From: Nitrospirota bacterium
GTDB lineage: Bacteria > Nitrospirota > UBA9217
Direction: 5' to 3'
Assembly: GCA_963741205.1 (NCBI GenBank)
Contig: CAVUHW010000042.1
Span: 1 to 52,962, forward strand
Length of the DNA stretch: 52,962 nt
In this document: piece after piece, positions 11,061-21,376 of the stretch
How positions within the stretch are numbered: the stretch's first letter is position 1
Layout: the number at the start of each line of letters is the position of its first letter
Translations under genes and position numbers: made by a program
Notes under the pieces: model-generated
What the model was told of the DNA's origin: nothing
Seen by the model: the letters and a program-made list of their open reading frames with translations, nothing else
Databases searched by the model: none

Positions 11061-11252
11061 ATATGCTCACCTCCCTTCCGAACGAAACACTTAACGTTCC
11101 GAGTTAAGGGTTATACAATGCTTCCTCCTTCCTTCAAAAATCCCTTCTTGCTTATTCAACCTCCAACCGGGAACGCTGAAACTTACAACCTCATCTGTCA
11201 CTGAGCTTATACTATTATTATACCTCTATACCTCGCTTCCCTCCTGCTGCCG

Positions 11253-12713
11253 CTACGGCCGTATCGTAAGGTAGATCGATCCCCCTTCGCGGTAGATAAG
11301 CAGGAGAACGGTGTCGTTTTCCCCGATCTTCGATACGACCGCGTCGTAATCCTGGGCGCCCTGGATGGCCTGACGATTCACCTCCTGGATCACGTCGTTC
11401 GGCTGAAGGATGCCCTGCGACGGGCTGTCCTGACCGACCCCGGTGACGACCACGCCGTTCATGTTCTCCGGCAGATTAAGCTTGTCCCGAAGACTGGGAG
11501 TGAGCTCCTGGACCGTGACGCCCCGGAGGACATTGGCATACTCCGTCTTTTTAATTACTTGCTTCTCCTTGAATTCTCCGAGCGTCACCGTTATGGTCTG
11601 CTCCTTGCCCTCCCTGACGACCTTGACATCCACCTTCGTGCCGGGCGCCGCCTGTGAGACCATGTTCCGAAGGGCCGTTGAGTCTGCGACCTTCTTACCG
11701 GCGAGCTCGATGACGAGGTCCCCCCGTTTAAGACCCCCCTTGTCAGCCGGACTGCCTTTTTCCACACCGGAGATCAGGGCGCCGGCGGTCTCCTTGATGT
11801 CCAGGGATTTCGACAGTTCGGGCGTGAGGTTCTGAATGCTTACACCCAGCCACCCGCGGATCACCCGGCCGTGCTTGATGATGCTGTCCATGACCGTTTT
11901 CACCATGTCCGAGGGAATGGCGAACCCGATCCCCATGTATCCGCCGCTGGTCGAAAAGATCGCGGTGTTGATTCCTACGAGTTCGCCGTTGGTGTTCACC
12001 AGGGCGCCGCCCGAGTTTCCGGGATTAATGGCCGCGTCGGTCTGGATGAAGTCCTCAAAGTCGGCAAGTCCGATGTTCGACCGGCCTACGGCGCTCACGA
12101 TCCCCATGGTGATGGTCTGGTTCAGTCCGAAGGGGTTGCCGATTGCGAGTACGATGTCGCCGGTCTTCAACTTGCTCGGATTCGCCGAACCTGACAGTCG
12201 GCAGGTCCTTTGCCTCTATCTTGATCACGGCGAGGTCCGTTCTCGGGTCGGTGCCTACGACCTTGCCTTTGAATTCCCTCTTGTCGTACAGGATCACCTT
12301 GATATCATCAGCGCCCTTGACCACGTGGTTGTTCGTCAGTATATATCCATTTTCGGACACGATAACGCCCGAGCCCAGGGCAGACGATTTATACTGGCGC
12401 TTCTGCCCCGGGTGATCGAACTGATCTCCGAAGAAGCGGCGGAAAAAGGGATCGTTGAACATGTCGCCGAAGGGATTTTCCTGCATCGTGACCGTGGAGG
12501 TCGTGGAAATATTCACGACCGCAGGCCGCGCGATGTCCGCTACCTCGTCAAGCGCAAGGCTCAGCTTTTTAAGAAAATTCGCCGACTCCTGGGAGACGGC
12601 CTTCTCCGGGGCATGCGCGGCGCCATAGGCCGGCCCGATCGTAGCAAATCACGATGAACAGGACGGCAAGAAACAGCGTAAGATGTTTTTCCGAGCTTCA
12701 TAAAGCTTTTCAT
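11253..12713 (-). CDS. degP: DegP/DegQ (HtrA) periplasmic serine protease with two PDZ domains; frameshifted near 12172 and in the signal region
   Basis: TNNHVV (His), DLAVIK (Asp), [13 protein letters not shown] (Ser), two PDZ domains; GGAGGAGG RBS before ATG 12713. Confidence 0.9.
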
Positions 12714-12914
12714 GGATCCTCCTCCAGAAGAATAATTATTGAGTAGGGCAGGAGAGCTCGCCGCCTCCAGACCCTGTCAGCTATCTTACAATTCGCTAGA
12801 AAAATATAATACAAAAGAATGAAGAATTCAAGTGGCCAGTGATATGTTCGATCTTTGTCTGGATATGAGTATATACGATTTTACCTAGCCGCGAGGCCGC
12901 TCGGGAGGCGCAGT

Positions 12915-15900
12915 CTAAATATGGATAACAGTCTCCAGCCTCTTGCTGTCCAGGAAAAGGAGTGAGCCTTCCACAGTCTTCAGCCCGAAGAGGTTCATTA
13001 CGGCTTCGCAGTATATCTGGAGCTGCGGCCGGTAGTGCGCGCTCCACGCCTTGAGCGCCTCGTCACGGTCGATGAGAATTGCCTTGTAATCGATGACAAA
13101 TCCCTTGTTGTCCCTGACGACCACCCGGTCGATGATCCCGCTCACGATCGAGTTCCCCCGTTGAAACAGGAACGGCAACTCGGCGTAGGCGCCGCCCTTG
13201 CGCTCAAAGATCCATGCGAGTCCTTTATCCGTCAAGACGGCTGAAAGGACGGATTCAACGTCATCAATGAACGCCCGGATGGCGTCTCGTTCAAGGAGGC
13301 GGATATCGGGGTATTCTGCGGTGATCCGGTCCAGGTCGTATGAGCCCAGTTTCGCATACTCCTCGAGACAGCGGTGGAGAACGCTCCCCCGGACAAGGGG
13401 AGAGACCAAGCCGGCAGCAGCCTGGAGCGATAGCAGTTCGATTTCTGTTTCGCGCTCGTGTTCTATAAAATCGGTCGCCCTCTTCCACTCAGGCATTTTT
13501 GAAGGCGGGACCGGGGAGAGGTTGCTGAGAATTTGACGGACGTCGATTTCTTCGTCACCCTCCCCAACCCCCTTAACATCTCCCCTCTCCCTTATTCCCT
13601 CTCCCACTGGGGGAGAGGGGAAGGGGTGAGGGGGCTTAATTGTCGGAGGGGCTACATCTTGTTCCCTCTTCCCTTGTGGGAGAGGGGGATTTGTCGGCGA
13701 AGCGGCAGGATACGAGTACACGCGCATCCCGGCTGTCGTCTCAACCGGCGCTTCGAACAGCGGCATCGGGGCGGCCCCATGCAGGTATTCGAGCCAGGTA
13801 TTCTGAGCGAGAGGTTTTTTCTCTTCTTTCAGCGTCCCGATCATGATCAGATGGTCCCGGGCGCGCGTCATGGCCACGTACAGGAGGCGCTGATGCTCAC
13901 GCCTGAGCTCTTCCCGTTCACGCTCCCACATTTCGCCGTACAGCGGCCCCTTCGCGTCCTTGACGGCCATAAGGACGCGGCCGTCGCCTTCGACGAGCAC
14001 CGGCGGGCCGCTCGTCACGGACTGGGGCTTTTGATTCATGCCTGGCAGGAACAGGACTGGGAACTCAAGGCCCTTGGCCTTGTGCACGGTCATGATGCTG
14101 ACGGCTCCCTGAAAGCCGGGCAGGTTCATGTCCGCCGCGGCCTCGCGTTGTTCCGCCTCCCTGATGTTTTTGACCCACTCGACAAAATCCTGGAGCGTGG
14201 TGTATCCCCTTCGGTCGAACTCCCGGGCCGTATCGAGCAGCTTGTCGATGTTGAAGATCGCCTGCGGATTACGCCTCCCGAACCGGATGTATGCCCCGGT
14301 GTCTTCGACGATCCTATGGATGAGGTTCGATAAGGGCACGAGGCCCGCAATGCTCCTCCAGTCGCGGAAAAGCGCGGACACGTCGGGCCTGCGTTTTTCC
14401 AGGGCATCGACCAGGCTGCCGCCGTTATCCATGAGCTCGTAGAGGTCTTTGTCCGTGAAGCCGAAGAGCGCCGACTTGAGCGCCGAGGCAAGCGAGAACC
14501 GGTCGTCGCGGTTCCAGAGGAAAAAGAGGGTGTGGATCAGGGACTGTATCTCGTCCTCTTCGTAGAAACCGATTCCGCCGACTACGCGGAAGGGGACGCC
14601 TTCAGACCGGAGGACGGCCTCGTATTCCTTGAGCCTGGTCCTGGACTGAATGAGGACGGCACAGTCTCCGTATCCGGCGGGGCGTGATCTCCACCCGGGT
14701 TCAATGCTTCTTTCATAAATCATGGTCCCGCTCTCTATAAGCGACCTTATCTCTCGCGCGAGGACATCGGCTTCGGAAGGGCCGGTCTCTGCTTCCGCAT
14801 CGTAAGAAAAAACCTCGACAAGCCTTACGCTCCCCTGATGCCCTGTGCGCTCCGCTTCAGACGGCTTGTACGTTCCTTCCCAGAGCGAGCCGAAGACCTC
14901 GTTCACGGTCTTAATGACCTCGGGCGTGGAACGGAAGTTCTTGTCGAGGGTCAGGATCTCCCGCGACTCGGGAGGGATGTTCCTCTCCATCTTCTGCCGG
15001 ATGTTGTCGATCAGGCGGTAGTTCGCCTCTCGAAAGCGGTAGATGGACTGTTTCTCATCGCCCACCACGAAGAGGGTGGGGGACATGCGTTTGTCAGCGC
15101 CGATGCCCGCGAAGATCTCCTCGGTCAGCTTGTTCAGAATCGCCCACTGGATGTCGCTCGTGTCCTGGAACTCGTCCACGAGAAAGTGAAGGACCTTCCG
15201 GTCAAGCCAGTAGAGGATGTCCGGAGATTCCCTCCCTTGCAGCAGTCCGTAGGCATGGATCTCAAGGTCGTCGAAGTCGAGCAGGCCTTCCCGAAGCTTC
15301 GACTCCTCGTATTTTTCCCCGGCGAGTTGATAGAGCCGCAGAAGGCCCAGGGCCTTCATGCCGGCATCAACGCGGCCGGACAGGTTGCGAAAGCGGACCA
15401 GCATCTCCTGGACGGCGAAGAAGACTTTCTCATACTCCGCACGGTTTTTCCCGATGAAACACTTCTTTGCGATGGCGGGATTTTTTCGCGGTTCTCCCGT
15501 TGCGGTGAAATAGAGCAGGGCAAGGGATTCCGTTATCCGGAACGCAGAGACCTCGTCTTTTGCTTCGGCGAGGCGCAGATGCTCCCTGCCCATGCTTTTA
15601 TCATACTGGCCGTTCTGGGTCCGGAGGAGCTCTTCCATATGCACGAGGCGCGCGCGCCATGCGGGGTCCGTCATGAGCGTTCTCAGTGCTGTTTCATCGC
15701 CGTCTATTTCCATGCCGGAGCGGAGGTTGCGGAGCAGTCCCTGCGGCCCTCCCGCGTCGATCTCCATGCGCTTGAGCCGGCTTCTGATCGAAAGCAGGTA
15801 CTCTACGTTCGCCGCAACGTTGTCGGCAGTAGCTGTGCCGAGCGGCGCCATCACCTCCGGATCGCCGCCGGACTCGTCCAGGGCGTCTTCAATGGCTTTT

Positions 15901-16289
15901 TGGACCTTATTTACCCGGTCGCGCTCGTCGAGCACGCCGAAATCCGGAGGAAGTCCCGCCTCGATCGGGTAGCGCTTCAAGAGGTTCATGCAGAAAGAAT
16001 GGATCGTCGAGATGCGGAGGTCCTGTCTGCCGCGGATGATCTTTTTGAGCATGGGCTCGGGAAGGTCGCGCATCACCCGCTCTTTGATCTCGGCCGCGGC
16101 CTTGTCCGTAAAGGTGATGGCCACCGCCTGGTCGATGTTGAGGCCCGCCCTTTCGAGCGCGTCGAGGAGCGCGAGGTAGCGGTCCTTGAGCGCGCGGGTC
16201 TTGCCGGAGCCGGCGGAGGCCGAGAGGTGGATGGATTTCGCGGTGTCCGCGGTCCTTGGCGGAGTTTGGTTTTCAGGTCTGTTGTTCAT
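12915..16289 (-). CDS. addA: AddA/RecB-like UvrD helicase with a C-terminal nuclease
   Basis: ASAGSGKT, DEFQDT, VGDEKQSIYRFR, TVHKAKGLE, YVAMTRARD; nuclease G.ID…IDYK…QLQIY. Confidence 0.9.
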   Translation of the reverse strand: MNNRPENQTPPRTADTAKSIHLSASAGSGKTRALKDRYLALLDALERAGLNIDQAVAITFTDKAAAEIKERVMRDLPEPMLKKIIRGRQDLRISTIHSFCMNLLKRYPIEAGLPPDFGVLDERDRVNKVQKAIEDALDESGGDPEVMAPLGTATADNVAANVEYLLSIRSRLKRMEIDAGGPQGLLRNLRSGMEIDGDETALRTLMTDPAWRARLVHMEELLRTQNGQYDKSMGREHLRLAEAKDEVSAFRITESLALLYFTATGEPRKNPAIAKKCFIGKNRAEYEKVFFAVQEMLVRFRNLSGRVDAGMKALGLLRLYQLAGEKYEESKLREGLLDFDDLEIHAYGLLQGRESPDILYWLDRKVLHFLVDEFQDTSDIQWAILNKLTEEIFAGIGADKRMSPTLFVVGDEKQSIYRFREANYRLIDNIRQKMERNIPPESREILTLDKNFRSTPEVIKTVNEVFGSLWEGTYKPSEAERTGHQGSVRLVEVFSYDAEAETGPSEADVLAREIRSLIESGTMIYERSIEPGWRSRPAGYGDCAVLIQSRTRLKEYEAVLRSEGVPFRVVGGIGFYEEDEIQSLIHTLFFLWNRDDRFSLASALKSALFGFTDKDLYELMDNGGSLVDALEKRRPDVSALFRDWRSIAGLVPLSNLIHRIVEDTGAYIRFGRRNPQAIFNIDKLLDTAREFDRRGYTTLQDFVEWVKNIREAEQREAAADMNLPGFQGAVSIMTVHKAKGLEFPVLFLPGMNQKPQSVTSGPPVLVEGDGRVLMAVKDAKGPLYGEMWEREREELRREHQRLLYVAMTRARDHLIMIGTLKEEKKPLAQNTWLEYLHGAAPMPLFEAPVETTAGMRVYSYPAASPTNPPLPQGKREQDVAPPTIKPPHPFPSPPVGEGIRERGDVKGVGEGDEEIDVRQILSNLSPVPPSKMPEWKRATDFIEHERETEIELLSLQAAAGLVSPLVRGSVLHRCLEEYAKLGSYDLDRITAEYPDIRLLERDAIRAFIDDVESVLSAVLTDKGLAWIFERKGGAYAELPFLFQRGNSIVSGIIDRVVVRDNKGFVIDYKAILIDRDEALKAWSAHYRPQLQIYCEAVMNLFGLKTVEGSLLFLDSKRLETVIHI
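13557..13690. repeat. REP-like palindromes lying in frame inside addA
   Basis: CCCTCTCCC-ACTGG-GGGAGAGGG-GAAGGGGTGAGGGGG (13597-13634) and an imperfect second copy at 13664-13686. Confidence 0.7.
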
Positions 16290-16420
16290 TTTTTTATAGC
16301 ATGGGAAATCGGGAATAATCGCGAAGCCCGTTTTGCTGCGTCTGTCTGAGGTCGTCGTGACGACAGATTCGAAAACGCTTCATGATACGGACATCGTTAC
16401 CCGCTGACGTCGCCGATGCC

Positions 16421-19400
16421 TTATGTCTCTTCTCTGCCGCACATTGCCTCGTTCGGGCAGTAGCGACACTTGTTCGCGTCCTTCGGTTCGGAGAAAAACT
16501 CGCCCGAGCGGATGCCTTCCACGGCCTTTCGCGCCTTGTCCATGCTCCGGGTCAGGATTGCATCGAATTCATCGGGCTGCTTCGGACTCGCCTTGGGTTT
16601 TGACGACGGATGTTCGCTGCGCGCTTCCCTGTCAAAGAGGACGACGTCTCTCGCTCCCGCTCCGGTCCTGCCTGCCAGGTCGTAATACGCCAGCCCGATG
16701 GGCTTTTTGAGGGCTGGCTGGCTGTCTTTCAGCGCGGACTTTGCCATGACCGCATAGACCGGGAGTTGGAAGATGTCCTGCTCGAGGTCCATCCTGGGCT
16801 TTGGATAGTCGCCGGTCTTGTAGTCGACGATGATGAAGTTGCCGTCAACGTCCACGTCGATGCGGTCGATCTTTGCCGAGAGCTCGACTTCCCCGCCGTC
16901 CGGCAGGACGAGGCGATACCGATCTATTTTTTGCTCGAGATATGCGGGCCGCATTCCCAGCTTCCAGAACTCCTCCTCAGCATCAAGGAACCGTTCGGCC
17001 ATTATGGTTAGGAACAGTTCTTTTTCACGCCGATTACGGAACGTTGCGGCTTCCTGATCAAAGGCTGAATCCGCGAGCTTTCCGAGGAGCGTGCGGGCCT
17101 CGTTTCTGTTTTCCCTGGAGACCGCTTTGGTCCATGAGAGGTAAAAGTTTCGCAGGATGGAGTGCACCTTGCTTCCGCGGGCCAGGGGCGAGATGTCTTC
17201 GGTCACTTCCTCGAGAGGCGCCAGGCCCAGGACTCTTGTGACCAGGTAGTCATAGGGGCATTTCAGATAGAGGTCGAGCTCCGTTACGGAGAACTCGCGC
17301 TTCCCGTGCGGCACGACCTGCGGAATCGGTGCCGCGGCTCGATGCTCGACGGCCGACCGTATGCCGGACATCCCCTTGATGTCTGCCTGCAGGAGGTCCG
17401 TCAGTCCGGCCGCGTCTCCCGCGAGGCCGATTGCCTTTGCCAGTTCGGGGATGCTGCAGCTTTCTTCTATCCGGAGGTTGTACTGGATAGACGTTGCTTT
17501 CTCGATTTCCTTGTTGACGAGCCCGGCCTGTCTGAGCGGTGTGAGCTCTTCCACGAACGGGGAAGGGACCACGGGCCGGTCTCCCTCGTTCTCGGGGTAC
17601 GTGAGGGTCACTTTCGGAGCAGAGAGCAGGAGCCGATAAAAGTGGTGGGCCGCGTTCATGCGCGCCCGCTCGATCGTGCGCACGCCGAGGGCCTCGAGTA
17701 CAGCCTCGGGCAGGAAGATGTTCTGAGGAAGGCGCTGGGGGAATTTCCCGTCGATCAGCCCGCCGAGATAGATCTCGCTCCAGGCATGACCCGCGCTCTC
17801 TCCCAGGCCCAGGACCTGAACGCCCCCTTCATCCTCGGGAGGGACCTGGAACCGCATATGCGCGAGGGTCTTCCTGAGCAGAAAGAGCCATTCCCGAAAC
17901 GTGTATCCGTATTCAGGAAAGAGCTTTCCCGCCCCGTCGAGCGAGGCCAGGGTTTCGAGAAGCTTCTTGTACGCCTGGAGATTGATGTTGAGCGGCCCCA
18001 TGATGGCCGCGACCCGTGCGCCGACGCCCGCCCAGGCCATGAGGCTGCCGAGCCGCTCCATCCAGGATGCGAGCGGGGCTTGGTCCCGGGTAGCGAAAGG
18101 CTCAAGCGCGGCGAAAAGGTCGTTCAAGGGTTCCGTGAGGACATCCTGACCGCTTTCTTCCCGCGCATGCTGCTTGAGCGACGCAAGTAATTTCAGCTTG
18201 CCGCCGGTTATGCGCCTGTCCCGCATGAACCGGTCGAGCGCCGGCGCGAGGGACGGGTGTTCGCCGAATTTGAGAAAGGGCGAGCTGAAGACCCTCAAAA
18301 GAGAAGGCCCCGAGAAGTCCTCCTGGCAGGCGCGCAGGAGCGAGATTACGGCAGTCGCGACCGGCGAGGAGCTGAGCTGTCTGCCGAGCGCACGGTTGTA
18401 GGGGACCCCGTAGTCGGTGAAGATCTCTTCGATAAGAGGACCGTATTCGTCAAGCGCGGGAAAGGCAACGAGGATTGAATCCGGGGCGCAGCCGTTGCGG
18501 ATCGACTTTTTCACTTCACGGGCGATCAGGGTTGCTTCTTCGCGGGGATTGATTGCGGAGAGAGGTATGATCTGCTTTTGGAAGGACCGGGGAGGCGGCG
18601 CCTTTTCTATTGCCTCGGAAAAGGATTTGTCCGAAAAAAGCGTTTCGGAGAGGAAGAGGTCATCGGTGTTCATGCTCAGAGATGCCTCTCCGGGGGCAAG
18701 CCCCAAGCCGCCGAGAAACTCGCGGGTGAGCCGGAGGGGATGGTATTCACCGGCGCGCTTGATGCTTTCCGGAGACGGCGCCTCGATGAGAAATAAGCAA
18801 TCCGCGTTTGCCGCGACCTTGCGGAGCAGCAGCGACTGGAGGGTTTTTGCATCGTAGATGCCGTCGATGATGATGCGGGAGTACGGGGAGAGCCAGGCAG
18901 GGTCGAAGCGGTCCGTGATCAGGGAAAGCAGTCCGTCGGGGTCCAGGAGTCCTTTTGCGGCGAGAAGATTCTCGTATCGCTCGTAGGCGCCGGTGAGCAG
19001 CCTCACCTGGGCCTTGTCCGTGAAATCGCTTTCCGCGACCGCTTTGGAGAGGCGCTCAGCGGGGACCCCGGCCGATGAGAGCTGCTCGATCATGTCCGCC
19101 ACGGCGGCGGATAGAGACGGGGCAAGGATGTCGGGGTTCCCGCCGAAGACGGGCTCCCCGCTCATGAGCTCCTTGACGATCCCTTCGAGAAGCACCAGCC
19201 TGCTGTTCTCGTCTATGAGCGTTTTACCGCTGACGTGTGCGGAAAGATGGCGGATGAACTGGTGGATCGTCAGCACGGCAGGCGGGACGAGCGCTGCGCT
19301 TCCACGGAGCCGCCGGAGCCGGTCGAGAAAGAGGCTGCCGTAGGTCCTCTTCAGGCGCGTTAATGGCGTCAGAATGAGAACGTCGTCATAGATAAAGGGC

Positions 19401-19489
19401 GGACCCGGCAGGGAGGAGAGGATATCATCGACGACGCGTGTCCTTTCGTCCCATCCGGCGCTTCCGTATGGCAGGGTGACGATCTTCAT
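16421..19489 (-). CDS. addB: AddB-like PD-(D/E)XK nuclease subunit with 4Fe-4S staple cysteines
   Basis: YLKCPY; KIDRID…IVDYKTG…QLPVY; C-terminal CRYCPNEAMC; sits upstream of addA; likely start MKIVTLPYG at 19489. Confidence 0.85.
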   Translation of the reverse strand: MKIVTLPYGSAGWDERTRVVDDILSSLPGPPFIYDDVLILTPLTRLKRTYGSLFLDRLRRLRGSAALVPPAVLTIHQFIRHLSAHVSGKTLIDENSRLVLLEGIVKELMSGEPVFGGNPDILAPSLSAAVADMIEQLSSAGVPAERLSKAVAESDFTDKAQVRLLTGAYERYENLLAAKGLLDPDGLLSLITDRFDPAWLSPYSRIIIDGIYDAKTLQSLLLRKVAANADCLFLIEAPSPESIKRAGEYHPLRLTREFLGGLGLAPGEASLSMNTDDLFLSETLFSDKSFSEAIEKAPPPRSFQKQIIPLSAINPREEATLIAREVKKSIRNGCAPDSILVAFPALDEYGPLIEEIFTDYGVPYNRALGRQLSSSPVATAVISLLRACQEDFSGPSLLRVFSSPFLKFGEHPSLAPALDRFMRDRRITGGKLKLLASLKQHAREESGQDVLTEPLNDLFAALEPFATRDQAPLASWMERLGSLMAWAGVGARVAAIMGPLNINLQAYKKLLETLASLDGAGKLFPEYGYTFREWLFLLRKTLAHMRFQVPPEDEGGVQVLGLGESAGHAWSEIYLGGLIDGKFPQRLPQNIFLPEAVLEALGVRTIERARMNAAHHFYRLLLSAPKVTLTYPENEGDRPVVPSPFVEELTPLRQAGLVNKEIEKATSIQYNLRIEESCSIPELAKAIGLAGDAAGLTDLLQADIKGMSGIRSAVEHRAAAPIPQVVPHGKREFSVTELDLYLKCPYDYLVTRVLGLAPLEEVTEDISPLARGSKVHSILRNFYLSWTKAVSRENRNEARTLLGKLADSAFDQEAATFRNRREKELFLTIMAERFLDAEEEFWKLGMRPAYLEQKIDRYRLVLPDGGEVELSAKIDRIDVDVDGNFIIVDYKTGDYPKPRMDLEQDIFQLPVYAVMAKSALKDSQPALKKPIGLAYYDLAGRTGAGARDVVLFDREARSEHPSSKPKASPKQPDEFDAILTRSMDKARKAVEGIRSGEFFSEPKDANKCRYCPNEAMCGREET

Positions 19490-19619
19490 CGCCCGGCGAT
19501 TATGCCACAAGTCCGGCAAATAGACAATGCCTTCGCATGTCAGGTTGGATAACTTATTACTATAGAGAAACTTAAAATAATAATAGGTCCCTGCCGCTGA
19601 AAACGCTTCCCTCCTGACT

Positions 19620-19741
19620 GTCATACCTGCGAAAGCAGGTATCTATTGGCTTTCTCGAACGAGAACTTCAAAATGGATTCCCCGATGAAATCGGGGCAAG
19701 CCCGCTGGAGTTTATCCCGACTCCGTCGGGGCGGGAACGAC
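19620..19741. repeat. REP/REPIN-like multi-hairpin element
   Basis: GTCATACCTGC-GAAA-GCAGGTATC … TGGATTCCCCGAT-GAA-ATCGGGG … CCCGC…GCGGGAACGAC. Confidence 0.7.
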
Positions 19742-19859
19742 AGAAAAGATCGCTGTAGAATCATCGTGATCACGATATATAAGTGTCGTGCGACATTGCG
19801 GAGAACTGTTTTTTTGTGCTAAAATAGCGTTTTACAATAAGCGCGAGCGGTAAAAATTA

Positions 19860-19888
19860 TTGACAACGATTAGTCCATAGTTTATTAT
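19860..19888 (+). promoter_or_regulatory. Sigma70-type promoter for ferredoxin-trxA-tlpA
   Basis: TTGACA-17 bp-TATTAT. Confidence 0.65.
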
Positions 19889-19904
19889 TGCAAACAGTTG
19901 TTAT

Positions 19905-20117
19905 ATGCAATACCGTATTACAAAAAATAAGTGTTCCGGTTGCGGGACCTGCCTGGATATATGCCCCACCGAGGCGATCAGGATTGAAGACGGGCATGCG
20001 GTGATTACGATGGACTGCATTGCCTGCGGGGCTTGTCCCCGTGTCTGTCCGGAGGGCGCGATAAAAAAGCGTATGTCGCCAGCGCCGGCAACGAGTCTGA
20101 ATCCCGTTGGAAAATAA
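19905..20117 (+). CDS. 2[4Fe-4S] ferredoxin
   Basis: CSGCGTCLDICP and CIACGACPRVCP. Confidence 0.9.
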   Translation: MQYRITKNKCSGCGTCLDICPTEAIRIEDGHAVITMDCIACGACPRVCPEGAIKKRMSPAPATSLNPVGK

Positions 20118-20226
20118 TTTTTTAGACGATTAAAATAGCGCCTTTGTACGACTCAAGGGTAGATCTCACCCCTCGGCGGGAGTCGGCGACGTTCCCTAAC
20201 GGTAAAATAAATTTGAGGAGGCTGTC

Positions 20227-20550
20227 ATGGCTGAAGCGGTGACGAGTGCAACATGGGAACAGGAAGTATTGAAAGCCCCCGGTCTTGTCCTGGTGGATTT
20301 CTGGGCGGTCTGGTGCGGGCCCTGCAGGATGGTGGCGCCGATCGTGGACGAGATCTCCAAAGAATACGAGGGTAAGCTCAAGGTCCTGAAGCTGAATACC
20401 GACGAGAACCCCGACGTAGCCGGCAAATACCGCATCATGGGCATTCCGACGCTCATGTTCTTCAAGAGCGGACAGACCGTAGACCAGGTCGTGGGCGCCG
20501 TGCCGAAGGCGCAGCTCAAGACCAAAGTCGACGCATTGCTCGCAAAATAG
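20227..20550 (+). CDS. trxA: Thioredoxin
   Basis: [15 protein letters not shown]; GAGGAGG RBS. Confidence 0.95.
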   Translation: MAEAVTSATWEQEVLKAPGLVLVDFWAVWCGPCRMVAPIVDEISKEYEGKLKVLKLNTDENPDVAGKYRIMGIPTLMFFKSGQTVDQVVGAVPKAQLKTKVDALLAK

Positions 20551-20679
20551 GATGCCTCGTCGTGTTTGTCGTATTCGCGGGCGGTCCTGTTCGGGACCCG
20601 CCCGTCATTCTCCGTGCTGCCCGTCTCCGGCGGGCAGTTTGTATTTTGGTCCGCGCCGTACGCGAAGGAGACCGCTTCA

Positions 20680-21168
20680 ATGTTGAATAGATTATTCGCC
20701 GTTTACGTTCTGATGACGGCGATCTTGCTCGGCTGCACCGACAGAAACGTCCCATCCAGCGGTTCCTCGGCCTCGGATTTCACGCTGCAGGACCTCAGCG
20801 GAAATAAGGTCAAGCTCTCGGACTACCGGGGCAAGGTGGTGCTGCTCGATTTCTGGGCCACCTGGTGCCCGCCGTGCCGGGCATCGATCCCGGGGATCGA
20901 GAAGATCCACAAGGCTTACAAGGACAAGGGTTTGGTGGTCCTCGCCGTGTCGCTGGACGAGGGCGGCTGGGATTCGGTGAAGTCCTTCATCAAGAAAAGC
21001 GGCATCACCTACCTTGTGCTCAAGGGCACCGATGAGGTGTCGGAAAAATATCAGGTGCGAACGATTCCCCTGATTCTGATCCTCGACAAGGACGGCAAGA
21101 TCTCGAAACGGTACCTCGGGTTCGGGAGCGAGGAAGACCTTGAGAAGGACATCAAGGCCGTTCTGTAG
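20680..21168 (+). CDS. TlpA/ResA-family disulfide reductase lipoprotein
   Basis: AAGGAG RBS; LLGC lipobox; DFTL…LSDYRGKVVLLDFWATWCPPC. Confidence 0.9.
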   Translation: MLNRLFAVYVLMTAILLGCTDRNVPSSGSSASDFTLQDLSGNKVKLSDYRGKVVLLDFWATWCPPCRASIPGIEKIHKAYKDKGLVVLAVSLDEGGWDSVKSFIKKSGITYLVLKGTDEVSEKYQVRTIPLILILDKDGKISKRYLGFGSEEDLEKDIKAVL

Positions 21169-21195
21169 TAGCGCTTTGCCCTGCCGGTTTTTTGG

Positions 21196-21224
21196 TTGAC
21201 AACATCCATGCCGGTCGATATAAT
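21196..21224 (+). promoter_or_regulatory. Consensus sigma70 promoter of tRNA-Gly
   Basis: Perfect TTGACA-17 bp-TATAAT, 12 bp upstream of the tRNA. Confidence 0.85.
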
Positions 21225-21236
21225 GACCCTCGAAAA

Positions 21237-21312
21237 GCGGGCGTAGCTCAGTTGGTAGAGTACAAGCTTCCCAAGCTTGGGGTCGCGGGTTCGAGACCCG
21301 TCGCCCGCTCCA
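21237..21312 (+). tRNA. tRNA-Gly (anticodon CCC)
   Basis: GCGGGCG acceptor stem, D arm AGCTCAGTTGGTAGAG, anticodon arm CAAGC-TTCCCAA-GCTTG, GGTTCGA T loop, encoded CCA. Confidence 0.97.
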
Positions 21313-21325
21313 TTTTTCTGTTAAT

Positions 21326-21354
21326 AATCCGTGGGTTTATCTCACGGATTTTTT
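21326..21354 (+). terminator. Intrinsic terminator after tRNA-Gly
   Basis: AATCCGTG-9 nt-CACGGATT followed by a T-tract. Confidence 0.75.
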
Positions 21355-21357
21355 GTT

Positions 21358-21376
21358 TGTCCGAGAGTTGTCCGAG
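21358..21376 (+). repeat. Tandem TGTCCGAG pair (11-bp period), left copy
   Basis: TGTCCGAG at 21358 and 21369. Confidence 0.7.

Noticed and set aside
14838-16349. 503-aa plus-strand ORF, and similar long antisense ORFs over addB, xfp, glgP and ftsH
   Set aside because: Shadow ORFs opposite well-supported GC-rich genes, with no recognisable motifs
19490-19624. 45-aa N-terminal extension of addB in the ORF track
   Set aside because: It runs through AT-rich promoter-like DNA into the REP-like element; MKIVTLPYG is the more plausible start
19855-19885. IscR/Rrf2-type box over the ferredoxin promoter
   Set aside because: GAC…AGTC spacing and flanks do not fit the consensus well enough
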